From Antedon mediterranea (taxonomy: Eukaryota > Animalia > Echinodermata), in NCBI RefSeq assembly GCF_964355755.1, contig NC_092672.1, positions 19,357,237 to 19,421,236 of the forward strand: a DNA stretch of 64,000 nt, written 5' to 3'. The notes below the pieces were generated by a model. That model was not told the DNA's origin and did not search any database. It saw nothing but the letters and a program-made list of their open reading frames with translations. A program made the translations under genes and the position numbers. Shown here piece by piece: positions 41,801 to 56,800 of this stretch (position 1 is the first letter of the stretch; each line of letters opens with the position of its first letter).

Positions 41801-44800
41801 ACACACCCCGTTCGGCAAAAATATTTGAACATTATTGATATATCTGATAGTACTATACTCGGCCTCTACGTTAAAAGCTGCATACATATCTTATAGACTC
41901 TCTGTGTACATACTCAGTTTGAGTTTATAAATTACCATTTAGACTTTATTCCCAGACTTGCTTTGAGGTATCCACATGCCCAGTCCATGGAGGTAAAAAA
42001 CTATTTTTTTTTACCTCCATTCCCTCTCCATGTTTCCAAATACACATTTTTCAGCCTTAGTAAACTTTAAACATTTTTTTCCGCCTTAGTAAACTTAGCT
42101 TCCCCATGGTAAATGTTTCCCAATACTTTTGTTCTCTTGAATATAACTGCCTAAAGGTGTGGCGCGAAAATTATTGTTTATTTTTTGAAAATTAACTTTT
42201 GCATTTATTTGATTTACTGAAGTATAAAAAATGATGATGGGATAAGCATATAATTATGGAACATACAGCACTTTATTCGTTTATTGGTATACTCCTGGCG
42301 ACCATGGTCTACTATGAAAGTTTTAGCCTCAGTGAATATTATTCACATCCTATACACAATGTATATCATTCCACTGTTTGTCTTCATCAAAATAATATAT
42401 TAATATTTATTACCTTGTATAAAATAAATAAAATGGAATTATTCTTACTTTATTGATTTGATTCAGATCAATTTCATACACATTTATACATCCAGAAATA
42501 TTTTGTTCATTTTACTACTATTATACAATTCATTTATTAGCTTTGTTATGGGTTTAACAAGCTAAATTCTGTCTGTCATATAATATAATAGTCAAAGGCA
42601 AAAAATGTCTTAATAGGCAAACAATTTCTATTAATCATACATCCTAATAATCTATCCATAATTGTTTCATAATCACATAATAATTTTGATTTTTATTGTG
42701 CTACAATAAAGTTCAAATTACACAGTAAAATCTCTATTCTTTTGTACATAAATGATAGAGAGGCACTTTAAACAAAAATTGGAAAAATAAACGGTGTTGT
42801 AAAGAATATTATCAGATGACTATAATATAGATAATATAACGTTACGTTTCTGGTGTTTTTATGGTCAAATTTTTATTTTTGTTTTATTGTTTATTGTGGC
42901 TAGAACTACACTGTTTCCTTCGCTAGGCTGATCCTAATGCTAATCCTAATGCTCCTAATGTTCACATGATTATCATGGAACGATATGTCCCCCACCTTCA
43001 AATGAATAACCTTATTTTTTCTCATAAAACCAAATAAAGAAAGCACTAGATCAAGCATTTAGTAAAAATGTTATACCTGCATTTTCTTACGCACAACGCC
43101 TTTGCACCTACGCTTAGCACCTTCCAATATCATGTGCAATTACACTTGAGTTATTGTCTTCTTCTCCTAGACTGCAATCATGTTCCCATTTAATACTGAA
43201 ATATAAGTTTATGGGCGCTTGGTCTGTGGCTGTAGCCATTCAGTTTTCCTTAGTCATTTGACTTAACCATTCCCAATTGGCAATTGGTAAGCGTCTATAC
43301 GCAAACAACACTGAGCTACTAAACCGAGGAATCTTAAAATTATCAAAAGTGAGTGGACCCCAAATGGCATTCCAAATAATAGAAAAATTCTCATTCATAA
43401 AAATCTATCTCACTGCTGAGCAGATCAGCCTCCCAATTGCGCTCTCTATGCACCCATTGGACGTCTCTGAATAAATTTTTTTCGCAAAGCTCTAAAGCCA
43501 ACTGATTCAAGTCTTCATGCATGCATTGAAACAACACCTCTGTTATCTATAAATATTTTAATTTCTTTTTCTTTTAAGTTAGGAGCAAATACTTGCAATG
43601 CCAATAACACACCTCTCAGTTCTCTCCACGTACAGCTTCTGACTGACTCATGCTGATTCCAGCCGAGACAAACTGCAAACGGTCATAGACCTCGCTCCAC
43701 AATTCACTCCACTAGCGTCAGTAAATGTAATTGAATAATCAAAAAAAATATTTTGCTTCCAGAAAAATATCTCCTCAATAACTAGACCCCCACTCGCTGT
43801 AGTAATAAAATGCCACAACTTGAGAAAGGGAAATTATCTTCCCCACTAAATCTCTGGACCTATAGTGAGGGAGACCCTGACCCTCTAATGAACCTAAACC
43901 AGCCATAGCCAGGTTACAACCGGACTTAGATCCTATATTGATTTTTTGACGTTTTAACAATGTTAGAGACTTTAGTACATGCGGCATGGGAACCTCTCTT
44001 ACCAACCATCGTCCAAAAATACTAGGATCCAATACATCACTAATAGGTGAAGAACCTTTGTAAAATCCTTGAATACGATAAATGGTTGAATCAAGACTAT
44101 TCCACTTATATTTGGGGTAAAACATTATTTTTTTGTTTAAAATAATTGCCAAACTCTGCAATCCTCCAAAAACATAGCAAACCTCATTTAACCAACATAA
44201 AAGTGATTCACTCAGTAGTGCACAACTCACTTGGTTTGTCAATTAAAAAAAAACAATTTAAATATATTTTTTGTTTAACTAATTATTTTGCCATAAAGCA
44301 TTATTGTTTGGTTTAAAAAAATAAATGCTAAACCTTCACTCTTGGATTAAAGGGGACGTAATTACCAGCCCAAACAATGTTACAGTACTGTATAATTAAA
44401 AAATTTTATTTTAATTTCTTTAGAATACTAATATATTTAGATATTTTATTTGATCAAAATTGTTGGCAGCCAAAAATCCAATTAAAAGACCAAGGAATGA
44501 TACTTCACTTATTAATTTTCCATCAAAAAAAATATAACAATTGTTGTGTGTAAGTTTATATCTAATACAATTTGTTTTAGCCGTATTAATTAATAATTGG
44601 TTTGTAGTGAACCATTCACTAGCTTATTTAACTCTAAACTTAGTAAAAAGTTCAACAAGACATCAATATTGTTATTAAAATAAAATAAAGTTGTACTGTA
44701 TCATCTGCATAAAAAAGGTTGTCTGAAAGATTTACTAATTATTAATTTGAAATAATGATTTCGGTCTGTAAAATAGCTTTAAACCAATCTAAGAAAAATA

Positions 44801-47800
44801 CCATAGCGAAACAACTTGAAAATATCATGGTTAACAACATCAAAAAGTTTTCATACATCTAGAAAAGTACTTCATAAAATTAATTGTTTTCAAATGCAGT
44901 ATTAACAGAATTAGTGAGTTCAAGAAAAGTATGTCAAAAGTGATATTGTATGCATACATTTTCCATTATTTTTTGAAAAAAATGTGTGAAATTAAGATTG
45001 GTATAAAACTATCCGTTTTTAAATACAGGATTTACTTTTAATATGATTAGGTACAGAACCCATCATGAATGATTAATTAATGGCATGAGATGGCTTATAA
45101 TAATGGAGAAACCTTTTTAAGAATCGACATGCTCTGAACGTTTACTAGAATCCAAACTATTAATTATATTAAGCACTTCTGTTTCAGATATAAATGAGGG
45201 GCTATTGGAGGTGGTAATTAAGAGATTACCGTAGGTCTTTGGTATTTTTAGGAATATAGAATAACAGAGTTTTACAAATTTATGAAAAATAATCACTAAA
45301 TTCTGGCTAATTATGTTTGTATGATAAAAATATTCATCATTAATTTGTTAAACATGAGGTGTATTTCTACTTTCTTTACCAAGATTAATTACAGAATGTA
45401 TTACTTCTCATTTTTTATGTTACATTAAGTCTGATTGAATTTAATTTCGTAGCATTTTTTTTTTTGAAATTTAACATTGCAGTAATAATGTTCATTAAAA
45501 ATTCAAAACAAATATTACATTACAGCAATGAGTTATCGTTGAATGTTAGAATTGTATATATTAATGCTATTTACAAAACAGGACTTGGTAGTTCTACTGT
45601 ATATAGAACACCTTTTGGGGGTCGTAGTCGATTAATAATCGAAAGCCAACTGATTCAAGTCTTCATGCATGCATTGAAACAACACCTCTGTTATCTATAA
45701 ATATTTTAATTTCTTTTTCTTTTAAGTTAGGAGCAAATACTTGCAATGCCAATAACACACCTCTCAGTTCTCTCCACGTACAGCTTCTGACTGACTCATG
45801 CTGATTCCAGCCGAGACAAACTGCAAACGGTCATAGACCTCGCTCCACAATTCACTCCACTAGCGTCAGTAAATGTAATTGAATAATCAAAAAAAATATT
45901 TTGCTTCCAGAAAAATATCTCCTCAATAACTAGACCCCCACTCGCTGTAGTAATAAAATGCCACAACTTGAGAAAGGGAAATTATCTTCCCCACTAAATC
46001 TCTGGACCTATAGTGAGGGAGACCCTGACCCTCTAATGAACCTAAACCAGCCATAGCCAGGTTACAACCGGACTTAGATCCTATATTGATTTTTTGACGT
46101 TTTAACAATGTTAGAGACTTTAGTACATGCGGCATGGGAACCTCTCTTACCAACCATCGTCCAAAAATACTAGGATCCAATACATCACTAATAGGTGAAG
46201 AACCTTTGTAAAATCCTTGAATACGATAAATGGTTGAATCAAGACTATTCCACTTATATTTGGGGTAAAACATTATTTTTTTGTTTAAAATAATTGCCAA
46301 ACTCTGCAATCCTCCAAAAACATAGCAAACCTCATTTAACCAACATAAAAGTGATTCACTCAGTAGTGCACAACTCACTTGGTTTGTCAATTAAAAAAAA
46401 ACAATTTAAATATATTTTTTGTTTAACTAATTATTTTGCCATAAAGCATTATTGTTTGGTTGAAAAAAATAAATGCTAAACCTTCACTCTTGGATTAAAG
46501 GGGACGTAATTACCAGCCCAAACAATGTTACAGTACTGTATAATTAAACAATTTTATTTTAATTTCTTTAGAATACTAATATATTTAGATATTTTATTTG
46601 ATCAAAATTGTTGGCAGCCAAAAATCCAATTAAAAGACCAAGGAATGATACTTCACTTATTAATTTTCCATCAAAAAAAATATAACAATAGTTGTGTGTA
46701 AGTTTATATCTAATACAATTTGTTTTAGCCGTATTAATTAATAATTGGTTTGTAGTGAACCATTCACTAGCTTACTTAACTCTAAACTTAGTAAAAAGTT
46801 CAACAAGACATCAATATTGTTATTAAAATAAAATAAAGTTGTACTGTATCATCTGCATAAAAAAGGTTGTCTGAAAGATTTACTAATTATTAATTTGAAA
46901 TAATGATTTCGGTCTGTAAAATAGCTTTAAACCAATCTAAGAAAAATACCATAGCGAAACAACTTGAAAATATCATGGTTAACAACATCAAAAAGTTTTC
47001 ATACATCTAGAAAAGTACTTCATAAAATTAATTGTTTTCAAATGCAGTATTAACAGAATTAGTGAGTTCAAGAAAAGTATGTCAAAAGTGATATTGTATG
47101 CATACATTTTCCATTATTTTTTGAAAAAAATGTGTAAAATTAAGATTGGTATAAAACTATCCGTTTTTAAATACAGGATTTACTTTTAATATGATTAGGT
47201 ACAGAACCCATCATGAATGATTAATTAATGGCATGAGATGGCTTATAATAATGGAGAAACCTTTTTAAGAATCGACATGCTCTGAACGTTTACTAGAATC
47301 CAAACTATTAATTATATTAAGCACTTCTGTTTCAGATATAAATGAGGGGCTATTGGAGGTGGTAATTAAGAGATTAGGTCTTTGGTATTTTTAGGAATAT
47401 AGAATAACAGAGTTTTACAAATTTATGAAAAATAATCACTAAATTCTGGCTAATTATGTTTGTATGCTAAAAATATTCATCATTAATTTGTTAAACATGA
47501 GGTGTATTTCTACTTTCTTTACCAAGATTAATTACAGAATGTATTACTTCTCATTTTTTATGTTACATTAAGTCTGATTGAATTTAGTTTCGTAGCATTT
47601 TTTTTTTTGAAATTTAACATTGCAGTAATAATGTTCATTAAAAATTCAAAACAAATATTACATTACAGCAATGAGTTATCGTTGAATGTTAGAATTGTAT
47701 ATATTAATGCTATTTACAAAACAGGACTTGGTAGTTCTACTGTATATAGAACACCTTTTGGGGGTCGTAGTCGATTAATAATCAGTGATGATAACCAATG

Positions 47801-50800
47801 TTCTATTGCACTCATAAATATATTATTATACTGTATGAAATAAATGGCATGACACATCAAGGAATACTTAAAGTAAAATGGCTTTATTAAATTACCCAAG
47901 CAAATAGTATATTAATCTGGATGAAAACAGCAAAAACGCCATCATTGGAAGCTTGAATTTAGGTCACACCATGTGCACTATATAATTTTACAATTAAACA
48001 GAATAAAAATCAATCAATCAAAACGGTAAAGATTAAAGTTAAAGCTATTGTGCTGGTAAAGTAAAGTTAAATTATAAAAATGATGTCAACTTACGGTAGC
48101 TATGTTAATAACCTGTGTATACACTTGCCCAACGCAAATAATTGTCAGTAGAATTGCTAGAACGAAGACGACGTACATAAACCAACGACTGTTGTGGTGG
48201 ATGAATAACGACTGAAAAATAAATTGTTATTATCTAATAATGAAGCTTTTTAATTAAATTTTAATTTATTTCCACAATATAATTGCATATAGGAAAATAA
48301 ATACAGTGAAGTAATCATGTGGGGGAGGGTCATATAAGTCAGAAAGACTTTGTTTGACCTACCCCAAGATATATAACAATAAATACAAATATATAAAAGT
48401 ACATTCCAATTTCTATAAATGTAGCTACAGTATACTGTATACAAGAAACTTGCACAAACTCGGAAACTATAAACAACTTGTTTTTGCTTTAAAAAAAAAA
48501 TAAATTTTACAATACAAGCTATATATTTTGTCAGTGTTTAACTTTTTACTGCATTTAAGCAGTAAAGCAGGAAAAAAACAATGTTCCTCTTGAGACTGAA
48601 GTCACATGACAACAGAAACATAAGGTAGTTATATTTGATAGCATGATAAACACCTAAATCTGTGATAGATTGTATAGATAACATAGAGACTTGACAAGGA
48701 AAGATGGATTGAAAAAAGCAAAGGAACAGGCCTACAGAGAGCAGACAAGGGCTTAGACTCTTTGACTCTGACCAAAGAGCACAATTATTGAAATTTAATT
48801 TGATTTGTGACAAATTGTAAAAATATTTGATATGGCACATAAAAAAAGACAATATTATATTGTGCTCTGATTGTTTTCCATTAAACTATATACTGTATAT
48901 ACTGTTATTTACCATATTTATTCAAATAAGTAGGGGGGGGGGGATGTTTTTTCAAAATGATGTTCTATGGGGGGTTTTCTTCGAGGGAGGTGTAAGCGGG
49001 GTGTTTAAGTACAATATTTCAAATCAAGTAATAACACATAAACAAACATCAAATTTCTATAATTGTAATTATGAATTACTTACCTTATCACATGATACAC
49101 AAGGTGGAAAATAGTAGAAATGTAAGATTTGAAGTGTAAATGTGTAAATACTAAGCAACGCTGCGTAAAAGACCAACAACAAAAACAACCAGTGATTGTC
49201 TTCACCGACACAATTATTAATCCTACGAAACAATGAATAAATAATACTTTAAGTATTAAGTAATAAATATTTGTTAATTATTATTAATATTTTATATCTT
49301 ATCTCATTCTCTCAATTTCTTTGATTACTTTTAATGTACAATTGTAAAAATGAAATGATGTTTCAGATTTGTATACTTAATATAATTTTAATGTTAATCA
49401 TGTTCTTGACTTGCATTTCAAACAGTTTTAATTATCCATTATTAAATGACAAGAAAAGATACTTTATGTAATTTTGATTTAAAATTATTAAAATTAATCA
49501 GAAACCTTACTTTATTATCTGTTCACATTTTAAAGTTCAATTTTAAAAATCAATAAAATAAACCTTGCTTTTTCTTGGCCTCATAAGCTCGGTCCACACT
49601 ATCAAAATTGATGTGATGTGCCCATATATATTTACATGATTATGGGCATATCACTACCATATTTGGGCATATCACTACCATATTTGGGCACATCATCACA
49701 CTTTTGTTTTGTCAAAATAGTTCATGATAGTGTCTAAAGACAGCATAATGACAACTATTGCAAAGTTGAATTTGAGTCTTAAATTTATGTAAAGCTATTA
49801 TTTGCAAAAATAGCAATAATCGGCATGTGATGATGACTGTAACTAACACAATGTGATTAATATGCACATATATAATATGTCATGTGCTTCTTAATTATAA
49901 CTACACAAATAACAACACAATTAAACTTTGTAAGTCTATCAATTCTAAACACATCTTGTTCAAATGAGTCATCGTTACAAGTCAAAACATGTTTAATTAT
50001 TGTTACATAATCAAATAAAAAACGGGCCATGATAGTTATTCATTTTTCATGAGGGCAGCAAATACAAATTGTTTATTATAACAATACTATACTTAGTAAC
50101 AGTACTTTAAGTACAGTCGACTCAGCACAAGTCAAATCTAATAAGACTGGCATAAAAAGTTCAAGCAAATTTAGACTTACACATTTGTAAACCTAGGCCT
50201 ACCTTACAATCACGGCTCACATGCTGAGCCTTGATTTGAGCTTGTTCCTACTAAATACTAAGCCTAAATTTTAACAGTTATATGTACTGTATTTTTTCTT
50301 ACCACGGACAATGATGATCCATCTTACGTATACAACGCATACATCGACTACAGTGGTGAGATTTGATTGGCCGTTGAACCATACATTTTTTACAAAGAGA
50401 CCAATCATTTGCACCTAAATAGACCAGAACCACATGATGGATTATAACTACTATTATTAACATAGAACAGGATCATCTCAAATAATGACATTTTAATTCT
50501 GCTACTTAAACGTGGTTCCCACTAGCGACGCAACGCAAGGACGTAACGCAACGCAAGTGAATTGACCAATCACAAGCGATGGCTTATTCACTTGTGATTG
50601 CTAACTGTCTATAACTTCGCTTGTCATTGGTTAAAACGCTTGCGTTGCGTTTACGTCCTTGCGTTACGTTCTAGTGGGAACCAAGCTTAACTACAGCCAA
50701 CAATACAATAGTATACAAATGAAAATTATGAGTTGAATGGGGAGAATATTTCCACGAGTTGAATAAAACAGAAATTTCATCCTCATTCAACGAATACAAA

Positions 50801-53800
50801 ATATTTGTATATTTGTATATATGACAACTACTATCCAAAAATTGTATTCAATCAACCACTTTTTTAATTGAATGAGGTGTAACAGTAAAGGCCTTGCAGA
50901 AATCTGGCAATGATCTTGGCTATAGAAGCAGTGACAGACAGAGGGCGCACTTTACGAGTTTAACATCGCGCAATTATCAGACCTTGCAAAAAATTCACAA
51001 GTTGAAAAAAAAATGCAATTAGTATCTTGAAATTGGAGAAAATGTATGTTACTGTAATTGCATAACAAATACATGACAAATGAGAGAGTTTGAATACTTA
51101 CCGTAAGGGGGCGTTGGACCTCCTTCAAAATCCACTCGACCAGGATCAGCTGTAGTTGCTCGGAACAACGACACAAAAGTGAAAAGAGAGAAAAAATAAT
51201 AAACTGTGGAAAAGAATAAAAAAATGAATGGTTAACAAAATGGATGATTGAAATATATTGTTAAGATTTCTTTTCTGGGTAGAATAACTTGAAATAAACT
51301 TTTCAGATTGGGTGAAATTCTTTATTATCGATCGTCTCCCGAGGTGTTGATCTCAGTAGACGCTGCATAGTTGGGTGGGTCCATAGAGGGTGCCTAATCC
51401 GAAATTCCTCAGTTTTAAGTTAAGCTTGAGGATAATACCTTATACCCATCCTATAGCAGGATTGTGCAGGCTCTGTCTACACTATCAAGCTAGTTTGACA
51501 AAAAGTGTGATGTGCCCAAATATGGTAGTAATATTCCCAAATATGGTAGTGATATGACATCATCATGTCCATATATGTGCATATCACATTTCTTTGTCAC
51601 ATAAAGTTTGATAGTGTAGACAGAGCTTAAAACATTCAAACTTTACTGGTTTACATTTCATGAATGCAACGCGAACACGCAGACGCAACGGTTCAAGCGA
51701 CCAATGGCAAGCAACTGTTCGAATAATTCATCGCTTGTGATTGGTCGACTCGCTTGTGTTGCGCGATGCCCTTGCGTTGCGTCTCTAGTGGGAACCAAGC
51801 ATAAATACAAACTTACCAATTACTGCGTAGATATTAATATTTCCATCATTATATTGAGGATGAAGTACTATATATGGAACAAATATGGAATTGTACAACC
51901 AACTGAAAAAAATAAAGCCTAATGGAAAATAGCCTCCTGAGTCCAGCAAAAATGTCAAACCAAACGGTAGCCGTTTAATTCGAGGTGACGTTCTTATATA
52001 CGCAGTTTCTTTTTGCCGGTCTACGTCTTTCGACACTCCCACCACCATTGTGCGAATGTTATTGAACGGAAGTCCGTAATCGGCTTCTTCTTCGTGTAAG
52101 CTTCCAAAACCATCGTTGTGTTCATTTTGACGTGGGTAGCCATGGTAATGAGCCATTAAAATGTTTTTATTTAGATCACTTGTAAACTGTCAGCATCTGA
52201 ACACAAAAACTGAAAATGAAATATAGTTTAGTTATTATAAATGCTTTATACATAAAAGGTTTGTTTAGCCTACGGTATGTAGAAATAAGTGTAAAATTTT
52301 TCTACAAATATTATTAACAATCATCCTAGCTAGTAGTAACAGTAAGTCATACTATAAATATCGCCCTGTAGTGTTTTACGATAAAATGTATAATATATAA
52401 AAAATACATGATATTTAATGTTATTGTGATATTAACATAATTTATGTTTTATACTTTGTATATGTACACAACGGTCAAAATACAGATTGTTCATTCCAAA
52501 ACTGAAGATCGCCCTCTATGTGATAAGTGACGTTTTGTTGTTGATACGGTGTAACGAATGAAAAGGTTGATTTTGACATAACTTTAAAAAAAATATATGT
52601 TAAATTTACGACTACATCATTACTAACATGTATTTGACATTATCTTTTATCATAAAACCCCACCATGCGATATCGGGTCCCTACCTAGTGAAACCGGGTT
52701 CTGTGCTAGGCGTAATTAGTATGGCCGGTAACAGTACATTCAATTATTTTATTTCAAATTTTCTAGTTTGGCTTTAAACTTACTGTTATACACTTGTCAA
52801 TTGTATGACCCACCATATGACCCAGGAGAGGTGCGTCATACCCTATGATGTAAAAAAAATTTTACCATAACCCACCCATTTTGATGCATTGCGAACGTGT
52901 TGTTCAAGATATGGTTGGTGTACGTGGTAAATTGACGGCCATTGTTCATTGATATGAGGTACCGTTTACGTTTTCGATGCACCTCTGCGTCAATAAATGA
53001 ATAATTATTTGTAAATGACACATCCATAACAAACCTCTCCCGGGGTTGTAAAGTGGGCCATACAATTGATGTGCATTTAATTAATAATACATGGGGGTAT
53101 AAAACCTCCATGATTAGTATGTTTAGATAGCAGGCCTAGCCTAGTACTATTAGTACTCTATTTTTTCATCATTACATTATTAAAAGTCAAGAGGCACACT
53201 GTACTTTTGCACCTAAATCTGGGCATAATAATAAGACTTTACCGCGCAGCAAGTGAATGTTTTTAAATTAAATAAATTCGAGAGAAGGTGCAAAAGTGCA
53301 GTAGGCCTAGCACCAGATTAAGATACGCTAGCTAGGCTAAATGAGCTTTCCAAGCATGTTATGTTTCTGGTCTTTCTCACCAGGTCTTTCCCTTCACAAC
53401 TGATATATTGGAATGAGAGTATGAGTTTGCGCCACACCTCCTACCTTATCCAACATGAATACAGTGTTTAAACAGCGCATAATACTATGCCTTTGTAGAT
53501 TCATTCCATAACATAGTTTCATTCCATTAAAACTACAATAGTAACATTATCGTATAACCTATATAACCTACCACTTTTTTTAATAGAATAAACCGAATGC
53601 TATCATCTCTTTAACTATTTAATACACAATAACATCTACCCGTCTATGATAGTGCAGCGTGTCAATCACAGCTAAAGACACCAGTTGTACACCTTTGTGT
53701 CTTATTATCCAATGCATTTCAACACAATGCTGCTCAGACACCACCTATAATATTCTACTTGAGTTTGCTAGATCATCATATAAAAGTGCATTATGATGGG

Positions 53801-56800
53801 ATCAGATTGTTTTTATATAATTGTCCTTTATTAAAAATTATAATATTGACAACCATTCTGATGTTTGTTAATGGTTGTGCAGAGCCATGATAAATACAAT
53901 TGTCACAGCTTGAATAAGGTAACAGGGAGAAAATTAAATGAAAATCTTTCTCAATAATATTTCTCTGTTCATATGCTGGATTATAATGTGTCCATATAAT
54001 TTATTGTTTGTCAAGTAGGTCTTTGCCACACTAATGTTTAATGTGAAATGGTTAAATGTATTCAGAGTGAGATTTGCCAATGTAAATTATCTTAATTAAA
54101 ATCATTTACATTAAAATCTTTCAATTGTATTTATATTATATTTTATCAATTTTAAGTGCTGTTCTTAAAATACAATTGCAGTCTACCAAATCATGGGATG
54201 GGATCAGATTGTTTTTATATAATTGTCCTTTATTAATAATTATAATATTGACAACCATTCTGATGTTTGTTAATGGTTGTGCAGAGCCATGATAAATACA
54301 ATTGTCACAGCTTGAATAAGGTAACAGGGAGAAAATTAAATGAAAATCTTTCTCAATAATATTTCTCTGCTTAAATGCTGGATTCTAATGAGTTTTTAAT
54401 ATTAAATGTGTCCATATAATTTATTGTTTGTTAAGTAGGTCTTTTACCATAGTGATGTTTAATGTGAAATGGTTAAATGCATTCAGAGTGAGATCTGCCA
54501 ATGTAAATTATCTTAATTAAAATCATTTACATTAAAAACTTTCAATTGTATTTATATTATATTTTATTAATTTTAAGTGCTGTTCTTAAAATACAATTGC
54601 AGTCTACCAAATCATGGAGCTATAAAGCTCAATGAGACTAAAAACTGTTAACTTATGATGTACACAGCCTATTTAATACTTAGTTGAAATGCCATTTTAG
54701 ACATTTTTAACTATTGATTCATTTAGTGCAATTTATAAAACTTCATCAAAAGTTTTACAATGGTCATATCAGTTGTGTTTTGAATATTTATATTACGTAT
54801 AACATATTAATACCAAAATATATAGATAGTTACAATATAATAGTGCATATAATTGCACAATAAACATTAAAATATTAATATAATTATGTGATGAATATTC
54901 AATAATGTTCACTGTGTAAACTTTTTATTATGATCATGATTAAATTAAATAATAACAATATATATATTGAAAAATATTTTTAATTACACCACAATTATTA
55001 ATGGTCATGCTTCTACTGTGCATTGCTAAAGAGGTTTGTTATAGTTGTATGACATATTATTATCAATTTTTTTAGGATGGATATTCACCACTCTTGTTAG
55101 CTGCATTCAATGGTCAAACTGCATGCTGTGTGATATTAGTTGATGCTGGTTGTAATGTGAACCAGCAAAACAAAGTAAGTTGTATACACAGTCTATCTAG
55201 TAATTTCACATAGTTTGCATGTATTATTGCATAATTGTAAATATCACAGTGTATGCAGGTAGTACACAATACTGTGAGGATTATACTATTTACTGCACCT
55301 ACCCCCTCACCCTTTCGCTCCATCACTAGGACAGAATAATCTGTATTTTTTTTTACCATATTATAATCCAAGTTGATCAGCTACCACCATTCAATCCTGA
55401 ATGTTAAATGTTCTTTAGGCCTATATTTGTTATCCTCAAATTAGTGCATTCTATTTGTGTACCACAACTCTATGCAAACTTCCTATATCTGTACCTGGCT
55501 GGTGCCATGATATTATTGTAGGTATTATTGATTCCACTGTAATCTCACCAACCTATTTATAGAATCTTAAAGCAAAAAGTATATAAAACCATAGAGATAT
55601 TAAGATAAAACCAAATATTTTATCTTTTGATTCAAAAAGATTTGATGTAAAATAGTTTAAAAAGCTGACAAGAAGCTTTTATATTAGCATTATAATGAAT
55701 AAAATTCTAAGCTGAATCAATCATAAAGTATTAGAACTGATATCCAAGTATACCATTTTTATCGTCTGCAATTTGCAGAGTATATTGAAATTTCACTAAA
55801 GAACTTTGTCCTTTAAATGAAAAGGTTTTTTCTCTCCAGATATCTTGCTAAATAAATATGCTCTTTTTGTATTCAGTAAATATAATCAATCAATATAATC
55901 AATCAAATGATAGATAAGTAATGGTAAACATTTAGTAGGTTTTGATTATATCATTTATAAATCATCCATGTTTCGTAAATGAAATTGGAGAGTTTTTACT
56001 AAAGGGTTGTATGTACAATCAAAATATAATATTCACAGTATTAGTACAGCTTGTGCACTTTTCACTTTTTTCAAGAATGGAGACAATGCTCTGCATATGA
56101 TTGCTCGATCAAAGCTTACTTATGAAGAACACAAAAATGCCTTTGTGTTCTTCATAAAGGAAGGACGTATAGACATTAGCAAGAAAAATAAGGTTAGTTT
56201 GTTATTAAGTACTGTAATACAATTATTTTAATAATAAAGTTTAGTTCTATTCCTTTTTTTTAAAGTTATATAAAACATAACAAATAGAAACAAAAAGGTT
56301 TATTATTATCTGTTGATATCAAGTTTGTGGTACACCATGTATATTAGTTCTGAAAAAAACTGTTGAGTTTCTTGACGTTTCAATCAATATGCTTTGATCT
56401 TCCTCAGGAGAATTATCATTAAAAATATTACAGGCTATTTTCTTATTGTCTGACCCTCGGAGCAGTCTATTGCCCATCCACCTCCTCACATGTACAGTAT
56501 ATTTGTTTGATGGAATGATTAATTACAGAAATATTAAAATGAATTTAGTATATATTTATAGTTATTAACATTTCTTTTTTTATTTTTCCATTACAGTATT
56601 CACATTGTATTGTTAAATTGTAAATCTAAATTGAATTGTTTAAACAGCAGGCTTCCATTATTTTTACTTTTAGTCTCATATTTTACTGGAAACTGAAGTA
56701 TACGTTATATAATTAAATACATATAATATAAATATTGAAACTACATTAAGTATTTGTTCTATATTTCTTTAAATTATAGTTGACATATCATTTGATATTA

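Noticed and set aside
43775-44242. 155-aa duplicated ORF as a novel protein
   Set aside because: It overlaps frameshifted DIRS RT remnants (FLDDG lies in another frame), and its identity to 45923-46390 is due to the tandem duplication.
52836-53111. 91-aa - strand ORF upstream of ZDHHC21
   Set aside because: No recognisable motif or supported splice link; probably promoter or UTR region.
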